A DNA stretch of 60,801 nucleotides, from assembly GCA_020852855.1 (NCBI GenBank), contig JADZAA010000019.1, positions 1-60,801 on the forward strand. Direction: 5' to 3'. Positions 19,069 to 28,934 of this stretch are shown here, piece by piece. The notes under the pieces are model-generated. The model was not told where the DNA came from and ran no database searches. It saw only the letters and a list, made by a program, of their open reading frames with translations. The translations under genes were made by a program, and so were the position numbers. How positions within the stretch are numbered: the first letter of the stretch is position 1; every line of letters starts with the position of its first letter. This stretch comes from Bacteroidota bacterium (GTDB lineage: Bacteria; Bacteroidota; Ignavibacteria; Kapaibacteriales; UBA961).

Positions 19069-19930
19069 ATTCTTCCTTTACGCCCAAAAATGCGGGCAAC
19101 ATGGATTGTTCAACGTCTTCTCGGCAACGTACTGCGGCAACAGCCCGCTCATGCGTTCCGAGATGCGTGTAAATATCCGCCGGTGACTCTTCGTTTATTA
19201 TAGCCTCGTAAATAATTCGGGCGGCTTCGGCCGCAGAAATCATACGGGAAAGAGGGGCAAGAGGTATGTTCCGTTCTTTTGCGATGATGCGCGAACGCCG
19301 AATGCCGTCGGCAAATAAAGAACCGTAGTTGCCGCCTTCGGTAACTGAACTCCACGGAGTATTAACGCCGTCGGGGCAAATCAGCGTGGCACGAACTCCC
19401 GTTTCGAGTAATTCAGTCCGCAACGCGGCATGAAAACCTATTGCGGCATGCTTGGCGGCCACATAAGCGGAGCAAAACGGATAGCCCATGGAGCCCACAA
19501 CACTCGACACGGTAACTATATGCCCCGATTTACGTGCTTTCATCAAGGGTAGTGCTGCGGCGACTGTATACCATAGTGCGAAAGCGTTTACGGCAAAAAT
19601 ACTTTCAACTTGTTCGGGTGTGGTGTCCTCAACCGACGCGCAAATACCGCGCCCCGCATTATTGACAAGCACGTCTATTTTGCCGAAACGCTCTATGGCC
19701 GTTCGTACTGCGGCGGCGGCTTGGTCGGGTTTAGAAACATCAACTTCAATCGGCAAAGCCTGTCCGCCGGCCGCGCCGATTTCATCGGCAAGCGCGGCCA
19801 AAAGCTCGCCTCGGCGTGCGCAAATAACTACGGATGCTCCTGTTTTCGATATAATCTTGGCTAATTCCGCACCGATACCTGACGACGCGCCGGTAATAAC
19901 AACAGTCTTATCGGAAAGAGATATTGGCAT
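19040..19930 (-). CDS. Short-chain dehydrogenase/reductase (SDR) family oxidoreductase
   Basis: KTVVITGASSGIGAELA cofactor motif, NNAG and the YxxxK motif (YVAAKHA). I chose the ATG at 19930. The tracked ORF begins at a TTG at 19963. Confidence 0.88.
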   Translation of the reverse strand: MPISLSDKTVVITGASSGIGAELAKIISKTGASVVICARRGELLAALADEIGAAGGQALPIEVDVSKPDQAAAAVRTAIERFGKIDVLVNNAGRGICASVEDTTPEQVESIFAVNAFALWYTVAAALPLMKARKSGHIVTVSSVVGSMGYPFCSAYVAAKHAAIGFHAALRTELLETGVRATLICPDGVNTPWSSVTEGGNYGSLFADGIRRSRIIAKERNIPLAPLSRMISAAEAARIIYEAIINEESPADIYTHLGTHERAVAAVRCREDVEQSMLPAFLGVKEEYESRKHYEQ

Positions 19931-20135
19931 ATAAACCTGCCGCAAAAATATTTGAAACGACAAAGTTACAAGAAATAAAGAAAATAAGAAATGTAGAATT
20001 TTTGTAGAAGTCGCTTTAAGGTATATTTATCGGTATTTCGCGCTTTTATTGAAAATCGCTCTGATTCTATGGAGATGTGGTAATTTTGCAACTATTATTC
20101 CGGCAGATTCTTTCAAAACTATGGTTGCGTTTTTT

Positions 20136-20861
20136 ATGGAAAATTATCGTGAATTAGAAGACAGGCTGAACGTTCTCGAACGCCATAACAAAAAACTACG
20201 GCGTTGGTTGGGTGCGGTTGCACTCTGTGCCTTTGCCTTGGCTGCGGGCGGCTGGGCGGTGCATAACCGCACACTTTCGATTGATAAAATCGAAACAAAC
20301 GATTTGACAATAACAGACAGTAAAGGCATGGCACGTATACGTATGCAAACAAGTCCGGATAACGACTTGGCGACAATCCGCATATTCGGCTCGGATACTT
20401 CGGTCAGTATAATTTCTATGGGCAGCAGCATAAAATACGGGGCAAGCTCCATTACATTCACCGATACAAAAGGTCGCCGCCGATTAGCCTTTACGGTGGA
20501 GCAAGACACGAACGTTCTGGTTAATGTCTATAATCCCAAGGGAAAAATATCTGCGGCTTTGGCGGCGCGCGGCTCTATGAGTTCGTTCTATGGCGGAATG
20601 TTTGTAGCCATAGACAGTGCAGGAAATTCACGATTGATGGCCGGTACAACCGCCGAGGAAAAATACGAACCTTTCTTGTACTTTTACGACAGAGAAGGCC
20701 GGCAACGCACAGCACTCAATGCCCGCGATAATGGTATTGGTTTGCTGAAATTCAACGATGAGAACGGCAGGGCTACATCGGCAATAGGAACGCAACCTAA
20801 AACACGCGGATTTGTCGTAACGCTCGACACTAACGGAAAATCCTTGTGGGGGTCGCCTTAA
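20136..20861 (+). CDS. Membrane-anchored hypothetical protein with about seven short D-x-x-G-x-x-R-type repeats
   Basis: A charged or coiled N-terminus, one transmembrane helix (WLGAVALCAFALAAGGWAV), then repeats such as ITDSKGMARIRM, FTDTKGRRRLAF, YNPKGKISAAL, IDSAGNSRLMAG, YDREGRQRTAL, NDENGRATSAIG and LDTNGKSLWG. The start is uncertain: 20049, 20121 and 20136 are all possible. Confidence 0.6.
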   Translation: MENYRELEDRLNVLERHNKKLRRWLGAVALCAFALAAGGWAVHNRTLSIDKIETNDLTITDSKGMARIRMQTSPDNDLATIRIFGSDTSVSIISMGSSIKYGASSITFTDTKGRRRLAFTVEQDTNVLVNVYNPKGKISAALAARGSMSSFYGGMFVAIDSAGNSRLMAGTTAEEKYEPFLYFYDREGRQRTALNARDNGIGLLKFNDENGRATSAIGTQPKTRGFVVTLDTNGKSLWGSP

Positions 20862-21039
20862 CGGGCCGGAATCCATTCGGTAAACCATAAGAAACAGCAG
20901 ATAAAACAGTAAAAAAATCAGATACTTGGCACGTTATTTGATTTTATTTTTTGCAAAAATCTTCGGGATATTACGGCTGTAATATGTGGTTATAGCCCGA
21001 AAATAAAGCGAGCAACCGTTTTTAACAATCGAAAGTAGC

Positions 21040-21885
21040 ATGAAAACAGCATATATTTGGGTAATAGTGTTTATGTGCGCGGCAATGAGTATGCGGGCGC
21101 AACAATTAGCTCTAAAGGAAACTTTCTCACGGGACGGGCAGTTGCTTATGTTTATCGCCAATATGGATACCGACCTTGCGCCGGAATACGTGGTGATGAT
21201 AGACTCGAGCGCGACTATTGCCATTATTGACGGGCGCACAAGAATTACCGAATATACAGTTCGGCTGAATATTGACGATAATGAAAACCTCTATACGGAC
21301 GACCTCTCTTCTGTACGGCTTCGCAACTTGACGATTGTGCAGGATTTTAACGGAAACGGTATGAAGGACTTAATTATTACCGGCGGTGCGCCCGAACCGT
21401 ATTTTCGCGTAGCCGACCCTAAAACGGGCGAAGATTTGCTGAAAGTTGTAATGCCGCAAGGCGACCGTCAGGCGGACGTGCTGGATATGGACGGCGACGG
21501 CTATTACGAGTTGATTCTGAGTGCCGGATTTTTTACGAATATCTATGCTACGCAAGCGCGAGTTGCGGAAACGTCGGGTGCTGACAGCGACATAGAAAAG
21601 CAGGCATCCGGCTTGGCGATGTATCCAAATTTTCCGAATCCGGTAAAGGGTGCCACTACTTTGGCATGGGAGCAACCCTCGGCGAAAGAAGCAACCGTAA
21701 CGATATACGACGCGCAAGGCAGGGCGGTGCGCCGTGTGTTTGCCGGATTAGCACGCGAAGGAGTGAACCTTTGTCGGTGGAACGGCGACGATTCGGAGGG
21801 AAAAACCGCGCCGAGCGGAACGTATCAGGCAAGGGTGGAATCGGGAGGAAAAGCAGCAACCGGCACATTGCAGATAGCGCGATAA
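21040..21885 (+). CDS. Secreted FG-GAP/VCBS-repeat protein with a T9SS/FlgD-Ig-like C-terminal domain
   Basis: It has a signal peptide and the FG-GAP-like segments DFNGNGMKDLIITG and LDMDGDGYYELIL. The C-terminus reads YPNFPNPVKGATTLAWE...VTIYDAQGRAV...SGTYQARV. Confidence 0.8.
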   Translation: MKTAYIWVIVFMCAAMSMRAQQLALKETFSRDGQLLMFIANMDTDLAPEYVVMIDSSATIAIIDGRTRITEYTVRLNIDDNENLYTDDLSSVRLRNLTIVQDFNGNGMKDLIITGGAPEPYFRVADPKTGEDLLKVVMPQGDRQADVLDMDGDGYYELILSAGFFTNIYATQARVAETSGADSDIEKQASGLAMYPNFPNPVKGATTLAWEQPSAKEATVTIYDAQGRAVRRVFAGLAREGVNLCRWNGDDSEGKTAPSGTYQARVESGGKAATGTLQIAR

Positions 21886-22112
21886 TGATACAGAAATCTA
21901 CGGAAATTTCTCATAAGTTATCGAGACTACGGATTCCGCAACACAGTAATAATTGGCATTAAGCAAGGAATTTCGTATTTTTACGGCAACGTGTGTAGTT
22001 TTCGTAAAGGCCGAATAGGCTCTATAAGACAACGATAACGCGAAACAAGCATGAAAAAATAAACTTAAATAGTAAGTAGTTTAGTTTTTTAACTCACATT
22101 TAGGAGCATTAT

Positions 22113-25100
22113 ATGAAAGCTCGTGCATTGATACGATATTTCCTGATTGCCGCTATGTTATGTATGAGCGCCGCGAGTTCTTTCGCCGCGACGTGGTATG
22201 TGAAAGAGGCAAGTAATGGCGGCAACGATGCCGCCGCGGGAACAACGTGGGGCACTGCATTTGCTACGGTGCAAAAAGCAGTCAACGTTTCGGCCGCATC
22301 AGGCGACGTTATCTATGTCGCTAACGGCCAATATGTAGCCCAAGTAGTTATTGTCGAAAAATCCATAACGATTGAAGGAGGATTTAGTGAAGGAACTCCG
22401 TCACAGGCGTTTACGGAGTTCAAATCGCCTTTATTCGGAACATTGATTAATTATTCGGACGCTACGTTGCTTCCGGCGGCTACGGTCGGTACTGTTATTG
22501 AATCCAACACGTTCCGTCCGGTTGTGTATGTTAATACAAGCTCCAATACTTTTGTTAACAACATATACAATATTACTGTAAACGGCGATAATCAGTACGC
22601 CAACGTTCCCGCTACCAATCATCTGTTCTGCGGAATAGCCTATCGCAATTCCAACGGAACGATAGGGCAATCAAGCAAGCCGGTTGTCGTGGCAAACGTG
22701 AAAGGTGCAACCGTTATAGATAAAAAGGCCTGCTTCGGCATATTGATTTTCGGCCGCAGCCAAGCCAATGTTAAATATACTTCTATTTCCGACTGGCAAA
22801 ACGCCGCTATTGCCGTTATAGGCAACAGCACTTCTTCGCTCGCTTCGACTGTGGCGCAACAGCCTATACCGACAATAGAAAATTGTAAGATTACCGGTGC
22901 TACGTCACTTTCACCCATAAGTATGACAAATCATCGCGCCGGAATTCTTTACGCAAACGGCGCACGTACCTACACCCGTAAGAATATTTTCTGCAGTGTA
23001 GAAAACGGCGGCGCAGGCTACGGCTACGGTATGTATGCCTACGACGGACGCGCCATTACTTTCGGCGACTTGACACTTAAAACAAACGGAAACTTGGTGA
23101 CGGGTTGCGAAATAGGAGTCGGTGTTACGGTAACGACCACTCTTATTGACCCCGGAACGAATTATATGATTCGCAATAATAATATCGTTTATAACGGCAA
23201 CGGTGCTTACGATGCAAGCGCAACAGGCGCGGCACGCTTCGACCATCAACCGGTATCGAACGGTACACTGAATCTTATAAATAATGCTTGGGGTAATTCC
23301 GCCGCAAGCACGTTGTTTACTACAGGTACAAGTGTGGCAAATGCTTTCTGGCGTATTGCCGCCGGCGACGTTATCAATTACAGCGGCGCATTGTCCTCGC
23401 TTAATGTTCTCGGCGATTTGAACTTTGTATCTAACGGTGCAAGTTGTAATGACCTCGATTACGGCTTTATTGACTTTCCGTCATTGCAACAAGCCGTAAG
23501 CGGCGTAGCACCTTGCGGAACAGTACAGCTTGCAAGCGGCACTTATACCCAAACAATCACTATTGACAAATGTCTGACCATTACCGGCAATCCGAGCGGC
23601 GAATGTGGAGATAAGCCCGTTGTTGTGGGTGCAAATGCAGCCATACCGACGATATCCATTATTCCGCCGGCCGAAAATGTTACGATTGACGGAATTCTGG
23701 TGGATAAAGCGAGCGGTGCAGGCAATTACGGTTACGGTATTCTTTCGCGCAGCAGTACGAACAATCCCACAGGAGTATGGCCCGCAAATAATTCGCCGCG
23801 TAATGTGTTCATTCGCAATTCATGCTTCCGCGGATTTACCAATGCCACACCTGCGGCAATTTCTACGGATGAAGACGGCATGCTCGGAAGCGCAGGACGT
23901 TTTTCAGGTCGTACGGACTTGGCAGATTATCCGAGCGCACGCGACGTGGACGCTTCCTATAATAATGTGCTGAATTTCCAAACGGCTATTTCAAGCATAC
24001 AGGATTTGCTTATTGACCGCAACGACTCGCCCAATCCCGCTGTGGATGTGCGCGCACAAATTATTCCGCCCGCAATATTCGTTATTCCTTGCGGTGCTTT
24101 GATTCAGCCCTATATCGATGCCGCCTCGCCGGGAGGTACGCTGTATATTACAGGTGCTTGCGTCTATAAAGAAAACTTAAACTTTAATAAAGAAATCTAT
24201 ATTGACGTAAGCTATACCGGCAGACCGCTTTTCTCACCTGTGCTTTATGCAGTAACCGATGCAACCGTAGGCGCACATACTTTCTCGTCAACAGGCTGTA
24301 ATGTGGGCTGGTGGGCAGACGGTTCGGCACCCAATAAACCTCCTGTTCACTTCGGAAGAGGCACATCAGCCGCAGCTCCCGGACCCAATCCATTAATGGC
24401 AACCTACGGAACGGCACGCCCGGATTATTGGATTATTCCCGATGCGCCGGCAAATATATGCCTGCAAACCGCTCATGACTCGCTCGCTACCGGCGGCGCG
24501 ACTATGGAATTTACCGGCAGCGGCACTACGAATTATACAGTAGACTTTACAATCAATAAAATTCTTGACCTGAAAATACCGACAGCCGGTGCTGTACGCG
24601 GATTAAATGCAGGACAAACTCTTCAACTTAATGCCGGTGCCGACGTTAATCGTTCCGGCGGTTCTACGCTTTGGGATGCTCCTCTTGTAATAGTTAATAA
24701 TACAAGTATGGCATTAACAGGCAATACAGGCGCACAGTCAATTCAACAAGGTATTCGCCTTGCAACAGACTGCGGTGTAGTAAATGTAAATGCCGGCGCG
24801 GGAAGTTATGCCGCTCAAACTCCGATTATTGACCAATTACTGCACAGCATAAACGGCATCTCCGGAACTCCGAGCGTAACAAGCGTAACGCTGCAAGGCT
24901 CGGGTGATTGCGCCGCTTGCTCCGGCAACCTTGCTCTGATTAACAATGTAGATGTTCCGCTTGTTGTAATGAATACTGCTACAGACTGTATTCAAAAAGC
25001 ATTGGGTACGCCCGGACAGCAACATATACATGGCGTAGGCAATTTGCCGGCAGTCGGAAATCGCGACGGCGAAATTCGCTTCAATACGGCAACCTACGGA

Positions 25101-28100
25101 AATACGGCAAATGAAGCCATTATCGTAGATAAAAATGTTCGCTTTACCGGCGTTGGCGGCTCCGTAGCCAACAGCAATACGCTTACAATGCGTTTGGGTG
25201 CTTATGGTACGCAAATAGACGGCAGCTCCAATTATTGCAATAATACTGTAAATGTAGAGCAAACAGCAGGCTCCGGCTACACGGCCATACCCGATATTCA
25301 AACGGGTATTCTCTTGGCTTGCAGCGGACAACTTGTAAATGTGGGAAGCCCCGGCACTGCAACCAATTGGGGTGGCCTGTCGGATACTTACAATCAAGAC
25401 AATACTATCAATAAACCGCTTACGGTACAAGCACGCAATAATCCTACGAAATGTGCAAATAACCCGACTTTCGTTATTGATGCGGCAACATTTTGGGGAC
25501 AAAACGCCGCACGTGATGTGTTGCAATTAGTTCGCTTCCAGAATTTTACGGCAGCAAACCCGATATTTACATTTGCTGCGGGCGTTAATAATATCACCTT
25601 GCGCGGTTTCGATTTCAGCAATATCGCCGACGGCGGCGCAGCGGGAATGATATATGCTCCGGGAGCAAATAACGATGTAAATGTATCGAACAATTGGACA
25701 AACAATTCTACGGAATCGTTCATTGTTTCGGCTGCGCAGGCTACGCAACGCGGCAATTGGGCCGTCGAATGTAACAGAGTAACGGGTAATACAAATACTC
25801 CGCCAAGCGGTACAATAGTCTTATCCGACCATACGGGTTTGACCATTCAGCGCAATATGATAGATTACACGGCTGTAACTGCCGGTAATGACGGCGTGAT
25901 ATTGGACGGCATGGGCGGTGCTACCGCAAATGCATTCCAGCGCAATGTCGTGCAAGGTGTTCGCTTCGGCGGTCTGTACATACGGAATTCTGCCGCAAAT
26001 ACCGCGCAGAACCTGACCGTTACGCAAAATCGAATTCGCAACAATAATGTTAATAATGCGGCCGGTTATGGCGGTATTAACCTGACGAATCCGCAAAATT
26101 ATACCGGTAATGTTTTCATTACCAATAATTTCATTGACAATAACCTCACCGGTATAGAAATGAACGTGGGCGGCGCAGGCGGCAATATCAATCACAACTT
26201 CCTTACGATTAATTTCAACTCCATAACCGGAAACACAAATGCAGGGCTTTCCTTTACCAATACAGGCGGCACAACAACAATAAATGCACGCGGTAACTGG
26301 TGGAATTATCGTAGCGGACCTACAAACACTTACAATCCGTTAAACATAACGGTTGGAACAGCATCAGCATTCGGCGACTTTGTAACCGATAATGGCCCAT
26401 TCGGTGCGGGAGGCAATCCGAACCGCATCGGCTATACGCCATGGGATATTAACGGTATAGACAGAAGTGCCGGCGTAGATGGTTATCAAAATCTAAACAG
26501 TGACTATTTGCACCGAGTAATTCGCACGAACAGTGGCGGTTGGCTTGCAGATCATTCGCATCAAATTATGACCGGCAGCGTAATGCCTTGGGCAGCTTCA
26601 ACCGATATTATTACCGTCATTCAGGGTAATCCGAACTGGCAAAGCATACAAGGTGCAGTTGACGGCTTCGATGCCGCAGGCGGCGACGATTGGGGAGATT
26701 ATTTCTCTGAAAACGTTGTCTTGAAAGCGGCAACGCCGGGATTAATCATCCGCGGTGCAACCACGTATGAATATGTGGGCGGCGTACCGGTAAAATATTC
26801 CACATTCCTCGCAGGTACGAATAATACTACTGCGCCCGCGGCGGGCAATCCTCCTGCAGCTACCGTAACCGGCCAAGATCAAAACGGTATAGTTCTTAGC
26901 TCGAATAATCAAAGAGTGCAGAATTTCTACATTCAGGGTTATAGCGCATCGAATCCGGCCGCAAACGCGCCGTTCTCCGGTGCGGCAATTCGTGTTCCTA
27001 CAGGTATTACCGGTTTCTTCATCGAAAAAGATACCATTAACGGCTCGACTAATAATGGCGGTTCATTCGGTGTTGTGGTGGAAGGCGCGGCTTATGGAAC
27101 TATAGGCGGCTCGAATACCACCGGCAATATATTCGGTGCTACAACTGCTCTATCCGGCTCCGTCGGCGGCGACGAGGGCGGTATCGGCATACATTATGAT
27201 GCCAATGGCGGTGCAATGGGTATAGGAAATACTGTTTCTTATAACGTATTCGGTGGCTTGGGAAGTGGCACTACCGGTTTTGAACAGGCTGCTATCCGCT
27301 TTGACAATACATCAAATATAGGAAGCGTTGTAATAACCAATAATGCTTTCCGCCAAACACGCGACGAAGCCGGCAACGGCAGCCGTCCGGCACAAGCTGC
27401 TATATTCTTCAATAATCTTTCGAGTGCGGCTTTTGGAACAGTTACTATCGGCGGCGCAACGACTGCGTCGGCGAATAATTTCGGAACGATTACGGCCGGC
27501 GAAGCAAACAAAGTTGATATATGGGTTAACGGTGCAACTACCAATACCGTCTGGACGCTGAACGTGGAAAGCAATAATTTCCGCGCCGACGACCAAACCG
27601 TGAATGGTGTTAATTACTTGATACAAGATGACCGCGCCGCCGGAACGTCCGGTGTGTTCCTGCGCAATGTATTCGGTTACAATAACGGAACAACTATTAA
27701 TTCCAACAGCGGAAATAATACTTTCAGTCATGCGGCAATACTTACAAGCACGCCTACAATGACGTGGAACTATAGTTCTGCTATTACTCGTCAAAACACT
27801 GTAAAAACCATAGCCGGTACGCAACGCATCTATCGCCAAATCGGAACTCCGATGAACGCAATGGATGCAATTAGCGGCAACCATGTGGTTGAAATACGCG
27901 AAAATGCGGCATTCGCTCTCGGAACATTAGGGCAATACTATCACGAAACTCTGACATTCCCCGAAGTTCTTTCCGGCGGCTCGCACGATAATAACTATAA
28001 TCTGCTTCTGCTCGGACCCACGACGGCAGGCGTTGGTGCAAATACTGTGGCGAATATAACCTCGCCCGACGGATTGACTACCGCACTTACCTCTACCGGT

Positions 28101-28745
28101 CGTCAAAATCGCGACATTCGCGGAGGCATTACTTTCCACGCGGCAAGCAATGGAATGTACGGCGCAATTCCGGCAGGCGCAACCAATCGCGGCGATGTAT
28201 ATTTGCAAGGCCAAGGCGTTGGTGCAGATAACGGCTATATTCGCTTTATGTACGGCGCGGCTGTCGGCTCGCAAACCGAAGTAATCGGTAAAGGAACCGA
28301 AAGCGGCACTGCCAATGATAATGCTAATAAGCCTACTATAATTAAAGCAGGTCTATCCGACGCGGACGATGATGCAAAAGCATTGTCCGACCCGAATTTC
28401 CGTCGCACAGGCGTATTCCTCTACGGTAATGGTACTGAATTTACCAAGCCGGTAGAAATGCCTGCGCCGGGATTGTTCGGCGGCGAACAAATTACGGTTT
28501 ATCCGAACCCCGCAAAGAATGTAGGCAAACTTAGCGTTCAGTTCGAAATTCCGACAGATGCAACCGTAAAACTCTCGCTCTATAATTCTCTCGGCCAAAA
28601 AGTGGCGCAAATGCCGGCCGAAGATTTGAAAGCGGGCAGCTATACAAATGAAGTGAATGTAGCCGGGCTGCCTGCCGGCTCATATACCTTGCGTATGGAT
28701 TATGACGTATTTACTGTATCTTCACAAGTACAGATAATACGTTAA
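22113..28745 (+). CDS. Giant secreted right-handed beta-helix (PbH1/NosD-like) repeat protein with a T9SS C-terminal sorting domain, 2210 aa
   Basis: AGGAG lies 8 nt upstream of the ATG, and there is a signal peptide. The sequence is Asn/Gly/Thr-rich with repeated ..N.I..N......GI.. parallel beta-helix turns and NWW motifs. The C-terminus reads ITVYPNPAKNVGKLSVQF...LSLYNSLGQKV...GSYTLRM. Confidence 0.9.
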   Translation: MKARALIRYFLIAAMLCMSAASSFAATWYVKEASNGGNDAAAGTTWGTAFATVQKAVNVSAASGDVIYVANGQYVAQVVIVEKSITIEGGFSEGTPSQAFTEFKSPLFGTLINYSDATLLPAATVGTVIESNTFRPVVYVNTSSNTFVNNIYNITVNGDNQYANVPATNHLFCGIAYRNSNGTIGQSSKPVVVANVKGATVIDKKACFGILIFGRSQANVKYTSISDWQNAAIAVIGNSTSSLASTVAQQPIPTIENCKITGATSLSPISMTNHRAGILYANGARTYTRKNIFCSVENGGAGYGYGMYAYDGRAITFGDLTLKTNGNLVTGCEIGVGVTVTTTLIDPGTNYMIRNNNIVYNGNGAYDASATGAARFDHQPVSNGTLNLINNAWGNSAASTLFTTGTSVANAFWRIAAGDVINYSGALSSLNVLGDLNFVSNGASCNDLDYGFIDFPSLQQAVSGVAPCGTVQLASGTYTQTITIDKCLTITGNPSGECGDKPVVVGANAAIPTISIIPPAENVTIDGILVDKASGAGNYGYGILSRSSTNNPTGVWPANNSPRNVFIRNSCFRGFTNATPAAISTDEDGMLGSAGRFSGRTDLADYPSARDVDASYNNVLNFQTAISSIQDLLIDRNDSPNPAVDVRAQIIPPAIFVIPCGALIQPYIDAASPGGTLYITGACVYKENLNFNKEIYIDVSYTGRPLFSPVLYAVTDATVGAHTFSSTGCNVGWWADGSAPNKPPVHFGRGTSAAAPGPNPLMATYGTARPDYWIIPDAPANICLQTAHDSLATGGATMEFTGSGTTNYTVDFTINKILDLKIPTAGAVRGLNAGQTLQLNAGADVNRSGGSTLWDAPLVIVNNTSMALTGNTGAQSIQQGIRLATDCGVVNVNAGAGSYAAQTPIIDQLLHSINGISGTPSVTSVTLQGSGDCAACSGNLALINNVDVPLVVMNTATDCIQKALGTPGQQHIHGVGNLPAVGNRDGEIRFNTATYGNTANEAIIVDKNVRFTGVGGSVANSNTLTMRLGAYGTQIDGSSNYCNNTVNVEQTAGSGYTAIPDIQTGILLACSGQLVNVGSPGTATNWGGLSDTYNQDNTINKPLTVQARNNPTKCANNPTFVIDAATFWGQNAARDVLQLVRFQNFTAANPIFTFAAGVNNITLRGFDFSNIADGGAAGMIYAPGANNDVNVSNNWTNNSTESFIVSAAQATQRGNWAVECNRVTGNTNTPPSGTIVLSDHTGLTIQRNMIDYTAVTAGNDGVILDGMGGATANAFQRNVVQGVRFGGLYIRNSAANTAQNLTVTQNRIRNNNVNNAAGYGGINLTNPQNYTGNVFITNNFIDNNLTGIEMNVGGAGGNINHNFLTINFNSITGNTNAGLSFTNTGGTTTINARGNWWNYRSGPTNTYNPLNITVGTASAFGDFVTDNGPFGAGGNPNRIGYTPWDINGIDRSAGVDGYQNLNSDYLHRVIRTNSGGWLADHSHQIMTGSVMPWAASTDIITVIQGNPNWQSIQGAVDGFDAAGGDDWGDYFSENVVLKAATPGLIIRGATTYEYVGGVPVKYSTFLAGTNNTTAPAAGNPPAATVTGQDQNGIVLSSNNQRVQNFYIQGYSASNPAANAPFSGAAIRVPTGITGFFIEKDTINGSTNNGGSFGVVVEGAAYGTIGGSNTTGNIFGATTALSGSVGGDEGGIGIHYDANGGAMGIGNTVSYNVFGGLGSGTTGFEQAAIRFDNTSNIGSVVITNNAFRQTRDEAGNGSRPAQAAIFFNNLSSAAFGTVTIGGATTASANNFGTITAGEANKVDIWVNGATTNTVWTLNVESNNFRADDQTVNGVNYLIQDDRAAGTSGVFLRNVFGYNNGTTINSNSGNNTFSHAAILTSTPTMTWNYSSAITRQNTVKTIAGTQRIYRQIGTPMNAMDAISGNHVVEIRENAAFALGTLGQYYHETLTFPEVLSGGSHDNNYNLLLLGPTTAGVGANTVANITSPDGLTTALTSTGRQNRDIRGGITFHAASNGMYGAIPAGATNRGDVYLQGQGVGADNGYIRFMYGAAVGSQTEVIGKGTESGTANDNANKPTIIKAGLSDADDDAKALSDPNFRRTGVFLYGNGTEFTKPVEMPAPGLFGGEQITVYPNPAKNVGKLSVQFEIPTDATVKLSLYNSLGQKVAQMPAEDLKAGSYTNEVNVAGLPAGSYTLRMDYDVFTVSSQVQIIR

Positions 28746-28764
28746 TCAAATTACCGAAGCGATT

Positions 28765-28788
28765 CCCCGCCGCCGACAGGCGGCGGGG
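28765..28788 (+). terminator. GC-rich hairpin after giant gene 1 (terminator candidate without a U-tract)
   Basis: CCCCGCCGCC gaca GGCGGCGGGG is a perfect 10-bp stem 20 nt after the stop. It is followed by AAAACG rather than a T-run. Confidence 0.5.
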
Positions 28789-28934
28789 AAAACGCCTCGA
28801 TGCAAATCTTGCAATGATTACTGAAAAATCAAAAACAAATACTGCGTATACGAATACAATACCTGTAATAAATAATTAAATAGTATTAACTTTATCATAA
28901 TCCGTTTTTTTTTAACAGTAAAAGGATTAACTCA

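Noticed and set aside
24837-25526. Long antisense ORFs inside the giant genes (for example 24837-25526, 27312-27884, 34247-34762 and 34362-35255)
   Set aside because: They lie opposite strongly supported sense genes. Their products are Cys/Arg/Ile-rich and low in complexity, and they have no signal of independent expression. They are typical shadow ORFs of repetitive Gly/Asn/Thr-rich coding sequence.
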